From a virus: a DNA stretch of 64,000 nt. The notes under the pieces are model-generated. The model was given only the letters and a program-made list of their open reading frames with translations. It did not search any database and was not told the origin of the DNA. The position numbers and the translations under genes were made by a program. Of this stretch, positions 57,370 to 64,000 are shown in pieces (within the stretch, counting starts at the first letter, position 1; every line of letters starts with the position of its first letter). The stretch spans positions 32,001 through 96,000 of IMG/VR virus record IMGVR_UViG_3300006802_000073; one strand, 5' to 3'.

Positions 57370-58319
57370 ACAGAACTCTTAACAGAACAAGAAGCCATAA
57401 TCTCGGTTAAACATGCAACTAAATTGATCTCTTGATCAGCACAGAAAGCAGATTTATAACTATAATCAGCAATAATAAGAACCAGTTGTGGTACTTTATC
57501 CACTTTACTAACAAGCTCATCATAAAGTTTTCTAAAAATACCTTGAGGATCGTTATCAATATTATTGACAACCCAGCTTCGCATCTTCTTCCAATCTTTT
57601 TCTTGCAAAGAACTAATAAGCTCCTTTGTATTCTGCTCTCCTACCTTGGATAAAATACCCTCATCTATATTACCCGAGACAGAATATCTTTGTAATTCAT
57701 TAATGATTCTTCGATAATCTGGAAAATATTTCATTAAAAGAGAAGCAAGAACTTTTTGATCAAACGGAATTTGTTCATTATCTAAAATGAACTTTAACCG
57801 TTTCATGAACTGAGCTGCAATTCTCGGCTTATCATCTTTTGTAAGTTTAAATTCAAAAACTGCTGTTCTTGAATGTAAAGGTTGAATGATACGATTTTTG
57901 AAATTACATGTAAAGATAAATCTACAATTTTGTGAAAATTCCTCCATAAAAGCTCTAAGTGCGGGTTGTGTGGAATTGGGATTTAAATAGTCTGCTTCAT
58001 CTAAAATAATGACTTTTGTCTTACCTGAAAATGAAACTGTAGAGGCAAATTGTTTAATCTTTGTTCGTAGAACATCAATACCAGATTCTTCTGAACCATT
58101 GATAATAATATAATCTGTTTCAAGTTCCTCACAAAGTGCTCTTGCAACTGTGGTTTTACCCATACCCGCTCCACCACAGAGCAACATATTTGGAATCTCA
58201 CCCTTCTCAATAAAATTGGAGAAAGTATCAACCAATGCAGTAGGAAGAATACAATCTTTTAGAATTCTTGGACGATACTTCTCCACCCACAAAAACTGCT
58301 CATCACGAATTTCATGCAT
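57366..58319 (-). CDS. 44: Clamp loader large subunit (gp44)
   Basis: WVEKYRP, GMGKTT, DEADYL, PDYRR. Confidence 0.96.
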   Translation of the reverse strand: MHEIRDEQFLWVEKYRPRILKDCILPTALVDTFSNFIEKGEIPNMLLCGGAGMGKTTVARALCEELETDYIIINGSEESGIDVLRTKIKQFASTVSFSGKTKVIILDEADYLNPNSTQPALRAFMEEFSQNCRFIFTCNFKNRIIQPLHSRTAVFEFKLTKDDKPRIAAQFMKRLKFILDNEQIPFDQKVLASLLMKYFPDYRRIINELQRYSVSGNIDEGILSKVGEQNTKELISSLQEKDWKKMRSWVVNNIDNDPQGIFRKLYDELVSKVDKVPQLVLIIADYSYKSAFCADQEINLVACLTEIMASCSVKSSV

Positions 58320-58336
58320 AAAATAAATCCTCCAAA

Positions 58337-58990
58337 TTACATCTTTGATGTAGGTTCTAGAGCAATCAAATATACCATACTAGTATTCTTACTTGTAAAC
58401 TCACTTGCGAGTTTCTTTGAAAGTTTAACTTCATAATCGTCGGGAATTAGTTTTAAATTTTCAGTAGCAATATCTGCACTAAATTCTTGATCAAATTCAC
58501 CAATAATTCTATGAAAAGAATTTGATGTATCTACCTTCTTATCACCAATCTTCATTGTAACCTTTCCATTCTTTGAAACAATAGAAAGATTTGGTGCTGC
58601 GAGAAGTCCAGCAACTTTAGTAATCGATTGAATATCTTTTGATGTTAATGTAAAAGTAAATAAAGGTTCAAGTTTTACTTCTTTATCTGGAGGAGATGCG
58701 ATTGCAATGGAACAATAAAAATATTCAAACGATCCCATATCATTACTAATTGTAAGACTTTTATCTCCAAATTCAATTTCTTGATTCTCCGAAAACGAAA
58801 GAATCTGTAAAAGAGAATTAAGTTCATAGATAGAGAATTCTTTAGGAATTGTCTCTGCGATTTTAACTTTTGCTAGAATAGACTTTGCCGCATTCATAGT
58901 AGCAAGTGTATTCCCTTCTTTAAAAACAATATTTGGATTGATTGTAGCAAAATTCTTTAAAATTTGGATAGTTTCATTACTAAATTTCAT
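58337..58990 (-). CDS. 45: Sliding clamp (gp45)
   Basis: LKNFATINPNI...IYEL...ENLKLIPDDY..YLIALE; synteny. Confidence 0.92.
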   Translation of the reverse strand: MKFSNETIQILKNFATINPNIVFKEGNTLATMNAAKSILAKVKIAETIPKEFSIYELNSLLQILSFSENQEIEFGDKSLTISNDMGSFEYFYCSIAIASPPDKEVKLEPLFTFTLTSKDIQSITKVAGLLAAPNLSIVSKNGKVTMKIGDKKVDTSNSFHRIIGEFDQEFSADIATENLKLIPDDYEVKLSKKLASEFTSKNTSMVYLIALEPTSKM

Positions 58991-59316
58991 TGTGTAGTAC
59001 CTTTCTCTTTTTTCAGTTCAACATCATGAGCATATAACAGTATAACAGCATAGTGGATAACTTTCAATATATCTTTACGATTTTTTCCTTCCTTCTTTCC
59101 ATATCTTTGAGCATATTTAATAATATTGCCGATAGTAAAACCTACTCCATGTCCATTGTCAATAATGAATTCTGTGGTCTGGATATTACCTTGTGCATAA
59201 TGCTCAGTGTAAGTTTTATCAATATAGTCTTTAATCTCTTTTAAAAGTTCTCCTTCATTATATTTGTAATCAATTTCAAGTTCAAACATATTTTCTCCAG
59301 GGAAAAGTTTCGCCAT
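58987..59316 (-). CDS. DUF3310-like protein
   Basis: EHY...GFTIGNIIKYAQRYGKK...DILKVIHY. Confidence 0.75.
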   Translation of the reverse strand: MAKLFPGENMFELEIDYKYNEGELLKEIKDYIDKTYTEHYAQGNIQTTEFIIDNGHGVGFTIGNIIKYAQRYGKKEGKNRKDILKVIHYAVILLYAHDVELKKEKGTTQ

Positions 59317-60007
59317 ATTTTGCTTTCATTTGTTTATTACCATCTAAAAAGAAGGCGGATTGAACTGAATCCGCTCTATTACCTGCACGATAATTGACAG
59401 TATAAAGTCCTGTTACATTACACTCAATTTTATTATTTCTAAGCATGAATGTCAATAGGCGATCTACCTCTGGTTGCTCTTGTGGATGCCTCGCTCTTCT
59501 ATACCATAAAGGTGCTAACTGAATAGCAAGTATCTTAGGTAAAAAATAACAATTAACATCTACAAAATAATCACCAATGACTGATTCCCAGTTACCCAAA
59601 CTCTCACAATCATCATTACAGATGAAATTGCCTTCCATATCCGTAATCTTTCTAAGAGAACATGACCAAGTATTAGGTTTAGTACATTCAATCAAACTTT
59701 CTACATGGTTAGGTTCTAACCAATTATCCTCATCTAAATAGATAATATAATCACCCTTTGCAAGAAAAGTCCCTGCAGCATACATTCGATGACCATTATA
59801 ATTATCTGTACCTGTTGCATAAGGTAAAATGATTACATCTTGCGTTAGATCTAGATCAAAATCTGCTTTTGTTACATGATGTTTACCATCTATAAAGATA
59901 AGATGTTGGATATTTTTATATGTTTGATTTTGAACTGATTCTAAGTTCTGTTTAAGATACTGAGAGCAAGTTGTTGCTGTAATGATAGTTACTTGTGGAT
60001 TAGTCAT
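59282..60007 (-). CDS. Glycosyltransferase family 2
   Basis: SVQNQTY, FIDG, YLDEDNW. Confidence 0.85.
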   Translation of the reverse strand: MTNPQVTIITATTCSQYLKQNLESVQNQTYKNIQHLIFIDGKHHVTKADFDLDLTQDVIILPYATGTDNYNGHRMYAAGTFLAKGDYIIYLDEDNWLEPNHVESLIECTKPNTWSCSLRKITDMEGNFICNDDCESLGNWESVIGDYFVDVNCYFLPKILAIQLAPLWYRRARHPQEQPEVDRLLTFMLRNNKIECNVTGLYTVNYRAGNRADSVQSAFFLDGNKQMKAKYGETFPWRKYV

Positions 60008-60830
60008 AATAAATCATCAATAGTTTCAAATAAAGTTTTAGAGGGAACAAAACCTAAAGATTTAAGTTTTGTTGTATCCATATACATAGATTTAACTTGT
60101 ACCTTGGCATGAAATTCTTTTTGTGGAATATGTTTCACTATGGAGGTACTTTTAGTTTTATCTATCACATAATCAATTAACTCTTTAAAGAGATATGGTT
60201 CACCTGTTCCAATATTGTAAATCTCGTTCAAATTTCCTCTTTCGATTACTATATGTATTGCTCTTGCAATATCACTAACATCCATATAATCTCGATAAAA
60301 TCTTCCATAATCATAAAGTTCTATACTTCTATTATTCTTTAATTCTTCAATAAGATATTGGAATGCGTTTTTTTGTATAGACACTTTATTATCATTTTTA
60401 CCTAAAACATTACAAAGTCTCATTATTCTATACTTAATAGAAAATGTATTACAATAAGATTGTAATAGATCTTCCGCTGCTTTTTTAGTTATTGAATAAA
60501 TCCTCGAGGATGACATTCACTATTTTCAGTAGCAGGTAAATCTGTATTACCATAAACAAACCAAGAACTTATAAAGTTTATAGTAAAATCACTACCATAT
60601 TTTTTTCTTCCATTCTCTAATACATCTATTAACACATTTAAATTTGTATTTATATCTAAATGTGGATCAGTGAATACATTGTAATTATGTATTGTACTAA
60701 TCATATAAAGAATATCACTAGATCTAGGTATTAGATCATCTCTATCATTGATCGATACTTGATATCTATTTGCATATTCTTTTCCGATAAAGCCATTACC
60801 AAATAAGTTTATCATAAGATCACCAAACAA
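60004..60830 (-). pseudogene. NAD-dependent epimerase/dehydratase split by a 1-nt frameshift
   Basis: G.GFIG and SSWFVYG in 60489..60830; YSITK catalytic motif in 60004..60516; adding one T at ~60499 restores PRGFYSITK. Confidence 0.8.
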
Positions 60831-61764
60831 AATTGTGTTTATAAAAATCTATTAACTCTTTTAGTTTTTCGTCAAAATTTGCTTCAGGTTTCCAACCCAA
60901 TTTCTTTAACTTATTATCATTAATAGAATATCGTACATCTTGACCTGGACGATTAACTGAAAAATCTAGATATTGTTTTATATCACCTGGTAGATCCATA
61001 TATTGAATTATTTTTTGAGCTACAACTAGATTCATCTCTTCATAATTGCCAGAGATGTTATAAATTTCATTAGTTTCTCCGCTTTCAATAATTGTAATTA
61101 TAGCTGCTGCTGTATCACTAGCATGTAACCATGTTCTACGAGGATATCCATTATCATGTAAAGGTGCTTGTTTTCCCAATGCTAAGCACTTGATGGTATG
61201 GGGGATGAATTTTTCAGTATATTGACCAATTCCATAATTATTAGTTGGACGTACAATTACATAAGGGATATTAAAAGTTCTGGACCAAGCACTGATTAAC
61301 ATATCAGCAGCTGCTTTTGTTGCTGAATATGGATTACTAGGATTTAAGGGATCAGTTTCTACATGTGAACCTTGATGTATATCTCCATAAACTTCATCAG
61401 TGCTGAAGTGCAAGAATATAGGAATTTTAAATTTAGGTTGTTGTGTTATCAATTTTAATAGATGATGAACACCATTAACATTACTATTTAGAAATACATC
61501 ACTATTCATGATACTATTATCTACATGTGTTTCTGCCGCAGTGTTAATCACATAATCGCATTCATAGAGATAATTTAAATCATTAATATCCTTTTTCTCA
61601 TAAACAAACTGTTTATATTTATATAAAACATCAAGAAAATTATAATTAGCCGCATAGGTACCTGAATCAATACCTCTCACAAACCATCCTTTTTCTAGGC
61701 ATGTTTTAGTAATATGATAACCTATAAAACCTAAACATCCTGTAACATAAACTATCTTTTTCAT
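60820..61764 (-). CDS. rfbB: dTDP-glucose 4,6-dehydratase
   Basis: TGCLGFIG, AAETHVD, STDEVYG, YSATK, RPGQDVRY. Confidence 0.9.
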   Translation of the reverse strand: MKKIVYVTGCLGFIGYHITKTCLEKGWFVRGIDSGTYAANYNFLDVLYKYKQFVYEKKDINDLNYLYECDYVINTAAETHVDNSIMNSDVFLNSNVNGVHHLLKLITQQPKFKIPIFLHFSTDEVYGDIHQGSHVETDPLNPSNPYSATKAAADMLISAWSRTFNIPYVIVRPTNNYGIGQYTEKFIPHTIKCLALGKQAPLHDNGYPRRTWLHASDTAAAIITIIESGETNEIYNISGNYEEMNLVVAQKIIQYMDLPGDIKQYLDFSVNRPGQDVRYSINDNKLKKLGWKPEANFDEKLKELIDFYKHNFVW

Positions 61765-63083
61765 ATTAGTTTTCTAAAAAAACAATCAATATTTTCACCG
61801 ATATAATCTATTTGTTCTTCTGTTAGAACTGGACTTGTTCCATGAAAAAATGTATCACACATAACTTTTGTTGCAACAGGGAATTCGGTTTTTGCAGTGG
61901 TTGTATCCATTAAATGACTATATGCTGGCTGCAATAATAGATTACCCGCAAAATAAGGTCTCGTTTGAATAAGATTATCTTCTAGATATTCAACAAATTT
62001 TGTTCTTGTAAATGGTGCATTGTCTCTTATTGTAAGAGGAAATGCAAACCAACTTGGATCACTGTTTTGTTGTGCTCTTGGTAAATGGAAGAATTCTTCA
62101 TATTTTGAATAAATATCAAATAGAAGTTTATAATTTTTCTTTCTTAATTCAATGATCTTATCAATCTTCTTTAATTGAGCCAATCCAAATGCACTTTGTA
62201 TTTCTATAGGTTTTAAATTATATCCTATTTCATCATATACGTATTTATGATCAAAAATTTGATCTGGCATAGATGGAACCCAATAAGAAAACCTTTGATT
62301 ACATGTTCCACATTTTAAAGCATTCGCTTTAGCACCTACACAATAACAACCTCTTCCCCATTCACGCAATGATCTGAGTACAACTTCAGTTTCATAATCT
62401 TTACATGCAACAAATCCACCCTCTCCCATTGTAATATGATGAGCAGGATAAAAAGAACAAGATGCCATAATACCAAAAGACCCTAGTTTCTTTCCCTCAT
62501 ATGTACTACCTAAAGCATCACAGCAATCCTCAAGCAATAGAAGATTATACTTTTTAACTAGATCCATAACATCATTCATATTAGGTGGATTGCCCAATAC
62601 ATGAGCAAAAGTAATAACCTTTATATCATGTTTCTTTATTAAATCTTCTGCCTTTGTTAAATCAAGATTTAATGTCTCGATTTCTATATCAAGAAATATA
62701 GGTTCAAACCCTACCTGTAGAGTAGGGTTTAGAGTAGTAGGGAATCCTGCTACGGGCATTAATACTTTAGTACCTTTAGGTAAATTATATTTTCTTTTTG
62801 ATGTTAGAGAGGACATCATTAAAAGATTAGCACTTGAACCTGAATTAGTTAGTATACCATATTTTTTATCAAAATGTTTGGGAAACAAATTCTCAAATCT
62901 AAGAGATTTATTACCCATTGCAAGCCATCCATCAAGTAAAGAATCTAGTGCTTCTTCATATTCTGTAGTATCAAAATAAGGACCAGCATAATTAACAATA
63001 TCTTTACCTGCAATCCAAGTTTTGTTTGATTGTTTTTCTTTAATATAATCTGACACAATGCTTATAATATCTTGTTTTTCCAT
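61761..63083 (-). CDS. rfbH: CDP-4-keto-6-deoxyglucose 3-dehydrase (RfbH/DdhC; DegT family)
   Basis: NSGSSANL, EDCCDALG, SFYPAHHITMGEGG, WGRGCYC, DHKY. Confidence 0.88.
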   Translation of the reverse strand: MEKQDIISIVSDYIKEKQSNKTWIAGKDIVNYAGPYFDTTEYEEALDSLLDGWLAMGNKSLRFENLFPKHFDKKYGILTNSGSSANLLMMSSLTSKRKYNLPKGTKVLMPVAGFPTTLNPTLQVGFEPIFLDIEIETLNLDLTKAEDLIKKHDIKVITFAHVLGNPPNMNDVMDLVKKYNLLLLEDCCDALGSTYEGKKLGSFGIMASCSFYPAHHITMGEGGFVACKDYETEVVLRSLREWGRGCYCVGAKANALKCGTCNQRFSYWVPSMPDQIFDHKYVYDEIGYNLKPIEIQSAFGLAQLKKIDKIIELRKKNYKLLFDIYSKYEEFFHLPRAQQNSDPSWFAFPLTIRDNAPFTRTKFVEYLEDNLIQTRPYFAGNLLLQPAYSHLMDTTTAKTEFPVATKVMCDTFFHGTSPVLTEEQIDYIGENIDCFFRKLI

Positions 63084-63158
63084 ATTTCACCAATATGCAA
63101 TATTTGTTTCTAAGCCTCTAAAATCTTCTTGTTTTTGTAGTTTTATAACAGATATCTA

Positions 63159-64000
63159 TCATTTGTGATTGTCTAGAAAGAATTGTAGATCTTCGGGTGT
63201 GCCCAGTCCCCACATTTTAGTTACAGGAAAAGTTTTTACACGTTTCTCATCTGCAATAGCCTCATTGAAAACGGGGCATACATAAAACTCATTATTAACC
63301 CGAATGTTTTTGCTAATCATTTGCTCTGCATATTTTATATAATCTTTACCGTGTTTCCAATAGTAAATACCGCAAGTTGCATCATCACTAATAACTTCTT
63401 TTTCAGCTACCCTCTCAACATATCCGTTTTTACTAAGTTTAGCATAAGACCACTTAGAATGAGAAGATTTGAAAGTCAATATACCTGCATCAACTTTATC
63501 TGTTACAGCCCTATACATGATATCTTTTGGAGACCATTCAACAAACTGATCACTGTTAGCAATAAGAAGAGGGTTATTATTATCTAGGAGTCCTTTTGCA
63601 AGTAAAGTGGTGCGTGCGGCTCCGTCTGTTATCGTATCAACTAAAATAACTTGGTTATTTGGTGTCATTATGTTGAAAAGGTACTTCAAGTTAAACTTCT
63701 CATAATGCTCCCGCTGAATAATAAAAATATAGTTTGCTTTTATGTTTAGATTCTCTACAACTAGTTGAATCATAGGTTTCCCCTTTACATCAATAAGGGG
63801 TTTGGGTAAGGAGTATCCTGCAGAAACAAATCTACTACCTAGCCCTGCCATGGGAATAAGAACATTTAGAGTTTCGTCAACCCAAGGTTCAGTATCTTGC
63901 ACATTATTAATTTTATTCAGAGAATGCTGTATACGCTCTAAAGTTACATCATTAGTATCATTGACTTCACATACATGAGCTCCGCTATTCCTTGCCCCCT
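63159..64000 (-). CDS. Sugar nucleotidyltransferase domain, probably fused to an N-terminal HAD domain; 5'-partial
   Basis: PMAGLGSRF..GY.LPKPLI, ANSDQ, GLGTPEDL; the frame stays open to the window end (GARNSGAHVCEV). Confidence 0.85.
   Translation of the reverse strand, partial: GARNSGAHVCEVNDTNDVTLERIQHSLNKINNVQDTEPWVDETLNVLIPMAGLGSRFVSAGYSLPKPLIDVKGKPMIQLVVENLNIKANYIFIIQREHYEKFNLKYLFNIMTPNNQVILVDTITDGAARTTLLAKGLLDNNNPLLIANSDQFVEWSPKDIMYRAVTDKVDAGILTFKSSHSKWSYAKLSKNGYVERVAEKEVISDDATCGIYYWKHGKDYIKYAEQMISKNIRVNNEFYVCPVFNEAIADEKRVKTFPVTKMWGLGTPEDLQFFLDNHK

Noticed and set aside
1-64000. Stop-codon reassignment or introns/inteins in core genes
   Set aside because: Core genes (43, 41, 61, nrdA/B, thyX) are full length and uninterrupted in the standard code; no suppressor tRNA seen

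Overview
A 64 kb AT-rich segment of a large T4-like (Tevenvirinae-related) myovirus. Nearly all genes are on the minus strand. The host is probably Gram-negative, judging from the spanin pair and sigma70-type promoters (inference). The window holds the replication core (gp30 ligase, RNase H, gp61, gp41, UvsX, gp43, RegA, gp62/44/45), nucleotide metabolism (NrdA/B, ThyX, dCMP deaminase, MazG-like), auxiliary genes (PhoH, Pit phosphate transporter, Hsp20, 2OG-Fe(II) oxygenase, deoxysugar cluster), a late-promoter block of probable virion/internal proteins, six tRNAs and hypervariable arrays of small early genes. The most unusual elements are: (1) a six-gene operon of exported proteins with a pilin-like subunit and a chaperone-like protein (12.4-15.6 kb); (2) a ~270-nt highly structured non-coding RNA in the tRNA cluster; (3) an Sm-like protein coupled to an unannotated (Ser-Arg)n peptide; (4) ligase-like, HAD and nucleotidyltransferase enzymes with T4 capsid-targeting-like N-termini; (5) repeat-bounded cassette arrays of small genes and promoters. 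All calls come from motif recognition by eye; no database searches were run.
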